From the NCBI GenBank assembly GCA_038042445.1, contig JBBTED010000095.1:1-63767 (forward strand): DNA of 63,767 bases. The letters are read 5' to 3'. The stretch's first letter is position 1. Each line of letters starts with the position of its first letter. The position numbers were made by a program, and so were the translations under genes. The DNA is from Candidatus Firestoneibacteriota bacterium. GTDB lineage: Bacteria; Oederibacteriota; D2-FULL-39-29; JBBTED01. The notes beneath the pieces were generated by a model. It was not told where the DNA came from. It worked only from the letters and a program-made list of their open reading frames with translations, and searched no databases. Shown here piece after piece: positions 9,150 through 18,961 of the stretch.

Positions 9150-11192
9150 TTATTTACTATTTAACTTATCAGGTTTTTGAGGTATTGTCACTGCTGTTTT
9201 TTTACTGGCAAGTGTATATTTGAAATCAAAAATTCTATCTATGGTATTCTTTTTTTCATTTTTATATGTGAGCAATATAGGCACTATGTATCTATTGCCA
9301 GCATTTAAACGTGCTTTAGTAATTTTAAGATTAAATACTACTGAAATAGGGTTAGTAGCTGATTTTAACTTATCAATGCAAATTTTTAAATCACTCAAAT
9401 TCTCCAGATTATTGACATTAAGCATACTTATATTTATATTGGAAATATCATATATACTAATATTTTTTAATGTTACTGTTGCCTTAAAACTTTCATCAAA
9501 ATAAACAGAATTTGGAACATCTAATATAACATCTAACGGTAATGCTCCAGTTTTTGCTTTTAATTTTGAGAATGATGTGCCTCCAATTATCATCCATTCC
9601 ATCATAGAATACGGACCTCTACTACCATATATTCCTCTTCCTAAATCATGCCAAAACAAACCAATGTTTTTATTGTTTTCATAAAATGTATTCATTGCTA
9701 ACATAAGCCTGTCAAATACTTCCATAGGACCTGGCGGATTAATAGTTTTCTGATGTAATGTCCAATCCAAACATTCACCTAACACAAAAGCACTCTTTCC
9801 GTTTTCTGTATATTTTTTCCAATCCCCAATCATATTATTGTATGTTGGCCTATCACAATGATATAACATAATTGAATTAATCGAAATTCCTGCATCTATA
9901 AACATTACTGGATCCTGGCCGTGTTCTTTTCCCTGACGCCAACCAAGAGTAAAAACCCAAACAGGCTTAGAAACTTTTGCTTTATCCAAAATTTCTTTAA
10001 CAGTCTCAGCCATTTTATGTGCACGCCACCAATACCATCTCTCTTCTATAACCCAGTCTTTGTGCAGTTGGACCCTATATCCTACCCATTTTACTTTTGA
10101 TTCAAATGTCATCTTATCCCATTCAGATGGTAACTTTATAGTCATATCCTTAACAAATTCATCTACAAATTCATATCCACCAAATCCCATTCTAAGATAA
10201 TCCAAACCTATATAATCAACATTTGGATTTTTATCAAATAATTGCATTAATTTTATTATATCCTCTTTACGCCTTTCATCAGATATAGAGGCAAACTTTG
10301 CAGTTTCTACTGTATTAGTCTTAGGATTGTAAACTGTAGTAAATTTATATGGAGCTTTTTTTGCATCTTTACCTAAAATTACATAAGAAATAATCCAGCA
10401 TCCATATTTTATTCCCTCTTTATGAGCAAGTACCCCGATTTTATCCATCATATTAATATGTGAAACATCCCATGGAAATCTGGATTTTTTTATTTCACCA
10501 TCAATATATGTATGTCCCACAAGCTGCCAAAAAGCATCTGCACCTAAAAATTTAGTCCATTCTATTGTGTTTTCCCATCCTTTTTTACCTGTTTCGGGAT
10601 GTGGAATTTTTGCATAAATACCAGGTGTGCCTTCAAGCGTCAACACAGAAAATCCTTTAGGCAAAGATAATGCAGTTTTACCAATTATTTCAAAATCAAC
10701 CCGTGATGTAAAAATCTGTGGAATAACGGGCGAATTACTATTCGCCTTTTGATTAGTTCGATTTTTTTCTAAAGAAAGCACTTCAAGAGCAGCAACTACA
10801 TAATATTTACCAAGTTTAGATGTATATGGAATTGGCCATTTGCCAAACCATATATTTTTTTCTGAACTATATTTTAAATATAATGCTTTTAAATTTCCAA
10901 TAGATTCTACAAATTCATCTTTTGCAACTATTGTACTTCCAGTATTCCCTTCGGTCACAGCTTTTTTTTCTTCATTGGTCTGATTTTTAGAAAGATAAAA
11001 TTTACAATATACTTTTGCATTTTTACAATCATCTTTTTTAAAACCATCAGAAGAAACAGTAACTTCCACCATTTCATATCTATAATATTTTTCTTTATTG
11101 GTAAAAACCTTGATGTCTTTGGCAAAGACATAATCAAATGAACTTCCGAGGAATAAAACAAAAAATAATTGGAACAGAATTTTATTCTTCAC
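9150..11192 (-). CDS. Large exported hypothetical protein, possibly a glycoside-hydrolase-like barrel with Ig-like ends
   Basis: Probable GTG start at 11192 followed by a signal-like hydrophobic stretch; VDYIGLDYLR motif resembles GH-like barrels; function uncertain. Confidence 0.55.
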   Translation of the reverse strand: MKNKILFQLFFVLFLGSSFDYVFAKDIKVFTNKEKYYRYEMVEVTVSSDGFKKDDCKNAKVYCKFYLSKNQTNEEKKAVTEGNTGSTIVAKDEFVESIGNLKALYLKYSSEKNIWFGKWPIPYTSKLGKYYVVAALEVLSLEKNRTNQKANSNSPVIPQIFTSRVDFEIIGKTALSLPKGFSVLTLEGTPGIYAKIPHPETGKKGWENTIEWTKFLGADAFWQLVGHTYIDGEIKKSRFPWDVSHINMMDKIGVLAHKEGIKYGCWIISYVILGKDAKKAPYKFTTVYNPKTNTVETAKFASISDERRKEDIIKLMQLFDKNPNVDYIGLDYLRMGFGGYEFVDEFVKDMTIKLPSEWDKMTFESKVKWVGYRVQLHKDWVIEERWYWWRAHKMAETVKEILDKAKVSKPVWVFTLGWRQGKEHGQDPVMFIDAGISINSIMLYHCDRPTYNNMIGDWKKYTENGKSAFVLGECLDWTLHQKTINPPGPMEVFDRLMLAMNTFYENNKNIGLFWHDLGRGIYGSRGPYSMMEWMIIGGTSFSKLKAKTGALPLDVILDVPNSVYFDESFKATVTLKNISIYDISNINISMLNVNNLENLSDLKICIDKLKSATNPISVVFNLKITKARLNAGNRYIVPILLTYKNEKKNTIDRIFDFKYTLASKKTAVTIPQKPDKLNSK

Positions 11193-11730
11193 TAAAAATC
11201 TGAGCTGAAAATATGTAAACATCTGTATCTTTATCCTTCCATGCATTAAAAGGTAATCCGGCTTTTCCAGCACACAAATTGTTTAAAAATTCTTCTTTGC
11301 TCCACTTTGTTTCTGTAGCTACCTGTGGAAGAAAAACTCCAGATCTCATTCCTTTTCTTACTAAAACTCCATGTTTTCCCAACTCTATTTCATCAACATT
11401 TTCAATCTTTTTTAAAGGAGACAATACAGAGATTTCTATACTAATATCCTTAAGCTCTTCAAAACTAAGAGATGAAAATCTTGGATCTTCTGTTGCAGAT
11501 GATTTTGCCATTTCAACAACAGTATTTAAAAGCGGTTGTATTCCTTCTATTTGGCCAATACAACCACGCAACTCACCATTTTTATTATGCAGTGTAACAA
11601 ATGCACCATATTTTTCTTTAAATATAGCATTGTCAAAATCAAATTTTGGTGATTTGCCAGATGACAAATATAATTCCAAAGTCTGTCTTGCAACATTCAA
11701 AAGTATTAAACCTTCTTCTTTAGTCAACAT
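11182..11730 (-). CDS. amrA: AMMECR1-domain protein (AmmeMemoRadiSam protein A)
   Basis: GAFVTL..GELRGCIG, DPRF, EISVLS, GVFLPQVA motifs. Confidence 0.92.
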   Translation of the reverse strand: MLTKEEGLILLNVARQTLELYLSSGKSPKFDFDNAIFKEKYGAFVTLHNKNGELRGCIGQIEGIQPLLNTVVEMAKSSATEDPRFSSLSFEELKDISIEISVLSPLKKIENVDEIELGKHGVLVRKGMRSGVFLPQVATETKWSKEEFLNNLCAGKAGLPFNAWKDKDTDVYIFSAQIFSEE

Positions 11731-11754
11731 AATATAAAATGGAAAGCGAAAAAA

Positions 11755-11850
11755 TGTAGTTGCTGATTTATCAGCATTTTCAAAACAGTGATTTATGCTT
11801 TAAGGATAAATTACCCACTACAATTAACGCCGATAAATCGGCAACTACAT
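11755..11850. repeat. GTAG-type REP-like inverted pair (TGTAGTTGCTGATTTATCAGC ... GCCGATAAATCGGCAACTACA)
   Basis: Same family at ~2942-2963, 5173-5194, 34339-34381 and 54282-54302. Confidence 0.85.
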
Positions 11851-11862
11851 ATTGTGTTTTAA

Positions 11863-12969
11863 TCAGAAATTCTTCAATTGTTCCTGAGCAGATACAACGC
11901 TTGACATTATTCCAGTAATTGCCAATTTAACGTCATTTGGACTAGTAGCTTCAGCAAGAGCATTGTCCATAGATATTAACCCATTTTTATAAAGCTCTAC
12001 TAAACTCTGGTCAAAAGTTTGCATTCCATACTGCGAAGTTCCTGCTTGTATATTTGACCTGATTTGACTGGTTTTTCCTTCTTTTATCAATGTTTTAATA
12101 GTCTGTGTAGCAAGCATAACTTCTACAGCAGGCACACGACCTTTTTTATCTGAACGCTCTACTAACCTAAGTGAAATTACAGCAGCTAAAGTATTAGAAA
12201 ATTGAGAACGAATTTGATTTTGCTGAGTTGAGGGAAAAAAATCTATTATTCTATCAATTGTCTGACTCGCATCAACAGTATGCAATGTTGATAAAACCAA
12301 ATGCCCTGTTTCTGCAGCACTTAATGCTGTAGCTACAGTTTCAGTATCACGCATCTCACCAACAAATATTACATCTGGATCCTGCCTAAGTGAATATTTT
12401 AATGCACTGTGATATGAATCTGTATCTATGCCAAGTTCTCGCTGAGTAACACTACTTTTTGCATCTTCAAAAACAAATTCCATTGGATCTTCAATTGTTA
12501 TTATATGCGATGCAGTTTCTTTATTCATATAATTAATTATTGCAGCTACTGTAGTAGATTTTCCACTTCCTACTGCTCCTGTAAGCAATATAAAACCTCT
12601 TTGTATAAGTGCAATATTTTTTAAAACTGAAGGTAATTTCAAATCCTCAATTGTTGGTATTTTTGCAGGAATAAGTCGTATTATTATCTCTATACAACCT
12701 TTCTGACGAAATATATTTGCTCTAAATCTTCCAGATAATTCCGGTGAAGTATATGCCAAATCAATTTCATTTAAATTTTCAAATTTTTCACGCTGCTGTT
12801 GAGTCATTAAAAGCTCTGCTAAATGTTCCGTATCTTTCTCATCCAATTTCTCCGCATCCATTACTTCAAGAGTCCCGGATATTCTAAAAAGCGGGGGACG
12901 ACTCGGCTTCAAATGAAGATCTGAAGCATTTTTCTCAATCATCTCCTTCAATAATTCATTAATGTGCAT
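11863..12969 (-). CDS. pilT: Type IV pilus retraction ATPase, PilT/PilU family
   Basis: ASDLHL, GAVGSGKSTT, TIEDPME, LRQDPDVIFVGEMRD, AAETGHLVLSTLHT, GMQTFDQSL. Confidence 0.9.
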   Translation of the reverse strand: MHINELLKEMIEKNASDLHLKPSRPPLFRISGTLEVMDAEKLDEKDTEHLAELLMTQQQREKFENLNEIDLAYTSPELSGRFRANIFRQKGCIEIIIRLIPAKIPTIEDLKLPSVLKNIALIQRGFILLTGAVGSGKSTTVAAIINYMNKETASHIITIEDPMEFVFEDAKSSVTQRELGIDTDSYHSALKYSLRQDPDVIFVGEMRDTETVATALSAAETGHLVLSTLHTVDASQTIDRIIDFFPSTQQNQIRSQFSNTLAAVISLRLVERSDKKGRVPAVEVMLATQTIKTLIKEGKTSQIRSNIQAGTSQYGMQTFDQSLVELYKNGLISMDNALAEATSPNDVKLAITGIMSSVVSAQEQLKNF

Positions 12970-13038
12970 AATATTAAATTAAAAAACTAAAAGCTTAAAG
13001 CTACAAGCGAAAAACCATAATTTAAAATGACCTAAAAG

Positions 13039-13107
13039 GTCATCCTGAGCGATAGCGAAGGATCTCAAATATAGAATAGAGATTCTTCGGCTTTGCCTCA
13101 GAATGAC
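13039..13107. repeat. GTCAT-ended palindromic element (GTCATCCTGAGCG..GCGAAGGATCTC ... AGATTCTTCGGC..CTCAGAATGAC)
   Basis: Second copy at 21831-21898. Confidence 0.85.
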
Positions 13108-13139
13108 ACTTTTTTTCGCTTTTCGTTTTGTTCGAAGTA

Positions 13140-13325
13140 TTATTCTACTTTTATTGCTTCAACAGGACAATCAGTTGCAGCTTGCTTTGCACAATCTACT
13201 GCATCAGCAGAAACCTCATCACCTTTTACAATTGCAACTGCATCACCTAATTCAAATACTTGTGGACAAGTATCTGAACACAAACCACATCCTGTACAAG
13301 TATCTTTATCTACTGTAGCTTTCAT
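13140..13325 (-). CDS. Monocluster ferredoxin
   Basis: CTGCGLC...CP and CPVEAI; likely start MKATVD. Confidence 0.9.
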   Translation of the reverse strand: MKATVDKDTCTGCGLCSDTCPQVFELGDAVAIVKGDEVSADAVDCAKQAATDCPVEAIKVE

Positions 13326-13385
13326 TTTATATCTCCTTCCGTTTTTATTTATGAATGGTCTAAAGACCATTCACTACCTTAATTT

Positions 13386-14279
13386 TTATGGTTTTGGTTT
13401 TGAAAGCAAACCATAGTATTCTATATTATCATTTGCTATTTTTTGAATTTCAGCAATAGCTTCTTTTCCACCTTCTTTTGAAAATAAATGCCTGAATCTT
13501 GCTTGTGTTTTTAAATATTCTTCTACTGGCTTTTGCTCATTTATTTTTCGAACAGAAGTAATTTTTCCATTTTCAAGTTCAAAAATTGGATATATTCCTG
13601 TTTCAACAGCTAATTTAGCAATTGCTATTGTCAAGCTTGTATCATGTCCCCAACCTAATGGACAAGGAACAAGCATTTGAATATATTTTGGTCCTTTTAT
13701 TGATAAAGCTTTTTTAACTTTGTTTGCTATATCTTTTGGATATGCAATATTGCAAGTTGCCACATAAGGTATTCCATGTGCAGCTGCTATCATTGGCAAA
13801 TTTTTCTTTTTCTTTGGGTTACCTAAAGAAACTTCTCCAGATGGACTTGTACTTGTACGCGCATTAAAAGGTGTTAAACCACTTCTTTGTATACCTGTAT
13901 TCATATATGCTTCATTATCGTAACAGATATACAAAATATTATGTCCACGTTCCAACATACCTGATAATGCCTGCAAACCTATATCTGCAGTTGAACCATC
14001 TCCACCCATAGCTATAATATTTGCTTCATTTTCACGGCCTAAAGATTTTAAAGCTGCATCAATACCTGAAGCAACAGCAGCTACATTATCAAATAACGAA
14101 TGCACCCACGGAATTTCCCAAGCTGACTGTGGTGACCTCGTGGTAAACACTTCAAGACACCCAGTAGCATTTGCAACAATTGTATTCTCACCTGCAGCAT
14201 TTAAAGCCATCAATGCACCAAGTGATTGCCCACAACCCGCACATCCAGTATGACCTGGAGCTAAAAGATTTTTTGTCAT
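13386..14279 (-). CDS. porB: Pyruvate/2-oxoacid:ferredoxin oxidoreductase beta subunit
   Basis: GHTGCAGCG; TPP-binding motif GGDG...DNEAYMNTG. Confidence 0.92.
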   Translation of the reverse strand: MTKNLLAPGHTGCAGCGQSLGALMALNAAGENTIVANATGCLEVFTTRSPQSAWEIPWVHSLFDNVAAVASGIDAALKSLGRENEANIIAMGGDGSTADIGLQALSGMLERGHNILYICYDNEAYMNTGIQRSGLTPFNARTSTSPSGEVSLGNPKKKKNLPMIAAAHGIPYVATCNIAYPKDIANKVKKALSIKGPKYIQMLVPCPLGWGHDTSLTIAIAKLAVETGIYPIFELENGKITSVRKINEQKPVEEYLKTQARFRHLFSKEGGKEAIAEIQKIANDNIEYYGLLSKPKP

Positions 14280-14283
14280 ATTA

Positions 14284-15438
14284 TTACTCCTTTACATCAA
14301 TAAATTTACAAGATTCTTCATTTTTATCTGTAGATTCAATAGCCTTCATAATTGTATTCACTGTAACATCTCTTCCTCCAAGACCTGCAACAAATCCATA
14401 AATTTGTGGAGGATTAGGTGTTTTATAAAGTGCAGAACATATCTCTGTATATAGAACTCCATCTGAACCCAAAGATATATCTTTTTCTATTACTGCAACT
14501 TTCTTTTTATTTGCCAAAATATTTCGCACTTCATCTTTCGGAAATGGTCTAAAACATCTAATTTTCAGAACACCTATTTTTTTGCCTTTTTCACGCAATA
14601 AATCAACTGTCTCTTTAATTGTGCCAAGCATAGATCCCATTGAAACTATAACCAAATCTGCATCTTCAATTTTATATGTATCTATCAAACTTCCATAATA
14701 TCTTCCAAATGCATTTTTAAATTCTTCTGCTGTTTTTTTAACAAGAGAAAAAGATTCTAAAACTGTTTTGTGCAAATTAAAACGTGTTTCTGCATATAAC
14801 TCAGGACCTGCCATAGGACCAAAAGTCAAAGGATTTTTAACATCAAGATAATAAAGTGGTTTATATGGTGGCAAGAACTTATCTACTTCTGCAGCTTCCG
14901 GGTAATCAATAGGTTCATAAGAATGACTTAGCATAAAACCATCCATACATACCATTACAGGAATTAACATATCAGGATTTTCTGCAATTTTATATGCTTG
15001 TATATGCATATCTGCAGCTTCCTGATTTGTCTCAGCATATAACTGTATCCATCCACTATCGCGCACTGAAATCGAATCCTGCCAATCATTCCAAATATTT
15101 ATTGGAGCAGAAACCGATCTATTAACACAAGTTAAAACAATCGGCAATCTCATACCTGCTATGTTATATAAAACTTCTGTCATAAGTAATAACCCCTGGC
15201 TGGATGTTGCAGTATAAACTCTTGCACCAGCAACACTTGCACCAAGCACACAAGAAGCTGCAGAATGTTCACTTTCCACATTAACAAATTCTGCTTTAAG
15301 CTCACCATCTGCCACAATCTGCGCCAAATTTTCAACTATATGAGTTTGAGGAGTAATAGGATAAGCTGAAATAACATTAGGTCTACATAATTTTACAAAT
15401 TCCGCTACTGCCATTGAACCTTCAACGACTTTTTTCAT
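14284..15438 (-). CDS. porA: Pyruvate/2-oxoacid:ferredoxin oxidoreductase alpha subunit
   Basis: AYPITPQT, VESEH, TATSSQGL; start MKKVVEG overlaps the porD stop. Confidence 0.92.
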   Translation of the reverse strand: MKKVVEGSMAVAEFVKLCRPNVISAYPITPQTHIVENLAQIVADGELKAEFVNVESEHSAASCVLGASVAGARVYTATSSQGLLLMTEVLYNIAGMRLPIVLTCVNRSVSAPINIWNDWQDSISVRDSGWIQLYAETNQEAADMHIQAYKIAENPDMLIPVMVCMDGFMLSHSYEPIDYPEAAEVDKFLPPYKPLYYLDVKNPLTFGPMAGPELYAETRFNLHKTVLESFSLVKKTAEEFKNAFGRYYGSLIDTYKIEDADLVIVSMGSMLGTIKETVDLLREKGKKIGVLKIRCFRPFPKDEVRNILANKKKVAVIEKDISLGSDGVLYTEICSALYKTPNPPQIYGFVAGLGGRDVTVNTIMKAIESTDKNEESCKFIDVKE

Positions 15439-15698
15439 CAATGCACCTCGATTTCCATTGCTATTGCTTTTTGTGGACAAACTTGAGCACAAATTCCACA
15501 ACCTTTGCAATAGTCATAATCTATTTGACATTTTGTTTCTTTTGAAACTTTTATTATTCCTTCAGGACAATACATTTCACAAATTTTACAGGCTGTGCAT
15601 TTTTCCATATTGACATTAGGCTTATAAGAACGCCATGAACCTGTTTTGTTTTCCCTGCTTGTCCCAGGTTTTACTATTAAACATTGTGGCAACTTCAT
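15438..15698 (-). CDS. porD: Oxidoreductase delta subunit (2x[4Fe-4S])
   Basis: TGSWR..P, CTACKIC..YCP, DYDYCKGCGICAQVCP. Confidence 0.92.
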   Translation of the reverse strand: MKLPQCLIVKPGTSRENKTGSWRSYKPNVNMEKCTACKICEMYCPEGIIKVSKETKCQIDYDYCKGCGICAQVCPQKAIAMEIEVH

Positions 15699-15708
15699 TA
15701 AACCCTCC

Positions 15709-16107
15709 CTATTTTACCTGCCATCTTTTTAGATTTGGCATAACTTTCTTTAACGTTTCTTTTGCTTGTTCTTCTGACATAATTTGTTTTTCAACCATAA
15801 TCTTAGCACACATATCTATCATTTGTTCCATAGTCATATTTGGTCCTAGAAATGATCCATTAGCATAGCAAAAATGGCAATAATCCTGATTTTTAGTTCC
15901 ATCAGCATTTGTTCCAAAATCTTCTGCTTTTACCATTGGCATAGAACAACTTTGGCAAAATGGTGCACTGGCTTCTTCTAAGCTTGGACCATGCTTTTGT
16001 TCTGTAACAGGCTGAGTAGATTCTGTCTTTGTAACACAATTAGTTCCTCCACAACCAATAATAAATGTGGTAATAACAACTACTGATAATATTTTTATTT
16101 TTCCCAT
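15709..16107 (-). CDS. Putative lipoprotein with zinc-ribbon domain
   Basis: Lipobox-like IIGC; FCQSCSMPM...GTNADG..NQDYCHFCY..G...MPNLKRW. Confidence 0.75.
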   Translation of the reverse strand: MGKIKILSVVVITTFIIGCGGTNCVTKTESTQPVTEQKHGPSLEEASAPFCQSCSMPMVKAEDFGTNADGTKNQDYCHFCYANGSFLGPNMTMEQMIDMCAKIMVEKQIMSEEQAKETLKKVMPNLKRWQVK

Positions 16108-16124
16108 ATTCCCCCTCCTATGTT

Positions 16125-16179
16125 GTAGTCGCAAGCTTTAGCTTGCGCGCTTTTTCCGCAGGCTAAAGCCTGCGACTAC
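16125..16179. repeat. GTAG-type REP-like inverted pair inside the por operon
   Basis: GTAGTCGCAAGCTTTAGCTTGCG..CGCAGGCTAAAGCCTGCGACTAC; same family as 9029-9104. Confidence 0.85.
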
Positions 16180-16204
16180 CACTTCATACCACTTTTTACA
16201 AAAT

Positions 16205-16738
16205 CTAAGAAAACATTGTATATGTTTTCTTTGCTGCTTCTTTATTTTTTTCAGCAAGTGCTGGTGCAAAACGTTCATCTATTGCTTTTAAAACTGCATC
16301 TAAACTTATTTCTTTAGTTATTGCTGCAAATGCTCCAAGAAGTACAGTATTTGGTATAGGTCGTTTCAATATCTCTAATGCTATTTTTGTTGCAGGAACA
16401 ATTTTGATTGTACCATCAACTTTTAAACCATCAGGTATTTTTTCACTATTTAGTATAAGAATTCCACCTTTTTTAAAACCAGCAGTTACATCAACTGCAC
16501 CAATTAAAGTTGAATCCTGCACTATCACATAATTCGGTTCATAAACCTGATTATGAAACCTTATTTCTGCATCTGATATTCTAACAAAACCTGCAACAGG
16601 AGCTCCCATTCGTTCAGAACCAAAAGTAGGAAAAGCCTGCGAATATTTCCCATCTGCAAAAGCCGCTATTGCAATAATTTCTGCTGCAGTAACTACACCC
16701 TGACCACCACGACCATGAATACGAATTTCTTTCATCAT
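16205..16738 (-). CDS. porC: Oxidoreductase gamma subunit
   Basis: EIRIHGRGGQG, FPTFGSERMGAPV, PNTVLLGA. Confidence 0.92.
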   Translation of the reverse strand: MMKEIRIHGRGGQGVVTAAEIIAIAAFADGKYSQAFPTFGSERMGAPVAGFVRISDAEIRFHNQVYEPNYVIVQDSTLIGAVDVTAGFKKGGILILNSEKIPDGLKVDGTIKIVPATKIALEILKRPIPNTVLLGAFAAITKEISLDAVLKAIDERFAPALAEKNKEAAKKTYTMFS

Positions 16739-16851
16739 ATTTATCCTCTCTTGTTATTTGTTATAATTTTATAGAAACAAAAAACCCCTTATCTCTAATT
16801 TAAATTTTCACTAACTATATTATTAAAAATAGGTCAGACATCCTGCCTGAC

Positions 16852-17022
16852 AGCGGGCGATGGGGCTTTTTCTCCCCCACTAACTTTCGTTAGCTCCACC
16901 GAAACCTGCCACCCTCTCTTTCGGTGCTCACCATCTCGCACCGATGTCTAAACTCGTCGCCACTTATTCGTGGCGACAGACATTCTCGCTTCGCTCGGCG
17001 TTCGGGTTGGCTTCAAGCCCCT
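16852..17022 (-). ncRNA. Candidate structured RNA or tRNA-linked element downstream of tRNA-Gly, ending in a copy of the tRNA 3' end
   Basis: GC-rich with several nested hairpins and a closing stem GGGGCTT/AAGCCCC; 13-bp exact repeat of the tRNA 3' end. Confidence 0.55.
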
Positions 17023-17036
17023 ACATAAATTTTAAA

Positions 17037-17108
<72 letters not shown>

Positions 17109-17290
17109 ACTTTATTTTAATATTAACATTTATAAATAATTTTGTAAATATTTTTTATAAATATTCTTCCAACACTGATGCTTCAATTTCTTTAATTTTT
17201 TTAAATTCTTCTCATTAATTACAAAAGATGAAACTCACTAAGAATTAAATATTGTATCCATGGAATTTCTACTTTAAGTATAGCAAAATT

Positions 17291-18315
17291 TCAAAACTTA
17301 AAACTATAATTTAAACAGGTTGAATCTTTTGAAAAAGTAAATTTAAAATTATTTAAAAAACTTTGTTCACGTTTTAAAATTTCTTCTTTTATATAAGAAG
17401 CACTTATGAAATCTTGTACCCCACTTATAAATAGTATTAGTCCACCTCCACCTATTATTATACCAGTTACTTCAAGAATACCCTTGTAAGTCTTATATTC
17501 TTTCATTTCCCTATCATATTTTTCTTGATCGTCCTTCTTAAGTTGCCACTCACTAAGATAATTGGAATCATAGTATTCACCTTTTTTTGGTGGTTGGAGG
17601 TTAGCATCCCAAACAAACCAATTGATGTTAGTACACAAACTACACCCCATGTAGCTCTTATCTTCCCACTATCTATTAATTCATCATATCCTATATATAA
17701 TTTTTCTATCGTTATTAATGACATATCATCTCTTTTTAAAGTTTCCACTTTCAATTCGGGTAATTTCTTTTCCATTTTATATTTGTTAAGAGTAACATCT
17801 TTTTTATCAATACCTTTCCCCATTTCCTCATATTCAAGTGCTACACCAATTAATTTAATTATCAACTTTCTACTGGCATTTCTTAATTCATCTTCTTCTT
17901 TACAAGAAACTTCTTTTGATAGTTTAACCTCACCTGTTGCTACATCTACAACACGGACATTGATATAATATGTGTCTTTTAATTTACTTACGCTACCTAC
18001 TAACATTTGTTCCACATTCAAAATTTTGCCCACTTCTATAACACATTCTGTAGTAGTGCAACCCGTACGTTGAAATGTCTGTTCTTTTAATATATTTTCC
18101 ATCTGGTTTCGTTCAACGACTATAAATTTTTTTGTATCAAACAGGTCAATTCTTAAGAAATCAGATATTACAGAAGATGTCATAGTAGATACACCTCTGG
18201 GTTCTAAATCTATAACTGCTATTTTTATTTTTTCTTCTCCAAAAACATTTTGATATTGCACAAATAAGATTATACATATACCAATTATGCCTAAATAAAA
18301 TTTCTTTCTAAACAT
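17291..18315 (-). CDS. Exported CsgG/HfaB-like (TolB-N-like) protein with membrane C-terminus; -1 frameshift near 17585
   Basis: Signal peptide, IAVIDL, FIVVERNQMENILKEQ, EVGKILNV, VRVVDVATGEV; continuation in ORF 17291..17650 ends in FKF. Confidence 0.7.
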
Positions 18316-18333
18316 AAAAAGTTATATTCATCC

Positions 18334-18846
18334 TCATTGTAAAAAACCTATTTTCTTTTTTGGTGGTTTTGGTATTTCTGGTGGTCTCATCAATTGACGA
18401 ATTGCTTCGAAAACAATACTAAATTGTTTATCATATTTCTTTTCCATTTCTTCTATTTTCCTCTGTAATTCTTTATGAGTAGAAAGTATCTGCCTCAATT
18501 TCACAAAAGCTCTCATAATTTGAATATTTACAAGTATAGCTCTTTTGCTATTTAATACACTGGAAAGCATCGCCACACCTTGTTCTGTAAAAACATAGGG
18601 CTTAGCACCACCAAAATATGACTTAGATGGTATGCCAAAATGACACACCATTGCTTCAATTTCTTTACTATTAAGAACAAACATAAAATCTTCAGGAAAC
18701 CTTTCTATATTCCTTTTGACTTGTCTTTTTAATTGAGATGTTTCCACTTCATAAAGTTCTGCCAAATCTCTATCCAACATAACTTTCAAACCTCTTATCA
18801 AATAAATCTTTTTTTCTATTCTTTCCTTTGGAATTAAATTTAGCAT
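18334..18846 (-). CDS. ORF6N (KilA-N-like) DNA-binding protein
   Basis: [50 protein letters not shown]. Confidence 0.92.
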   Translation of the reverse strand: MLNLIPKERIEKKIYLIRGLKVMLDRDLAELYEVETSQLKRQVKRNIERFPEDFMFVLNSKEIEAMVCHFGIPSKSYFGGAKPYVFTEQGVAMLSSVLNSKRAILVNIQIMRAFVKLRQILSTHKELQRKIEEMEKKYDKQFSIVFEAIRQLMRPPEIPKPPKKKIGFLQ

Positions 18847-18961
18847 TATTTTACTCCCTTCTTAACTCATCGTTATAATTAAATTTTAACTCAAACTAAT
18901 GTTGTTAGCAAGAAAGTTATAATAATAAAACTTATTATTATTTTCTACCATTCCTCTTATT

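Noticed and set aside
18861..18910. Possible attC (GCTAAC...GTTAAG) between the SIR2 and ORF6N genes
   Set aside because: Very AT-rich, poor arm pairing and not adjacent to the stop codon; cannot be distinguished from chance
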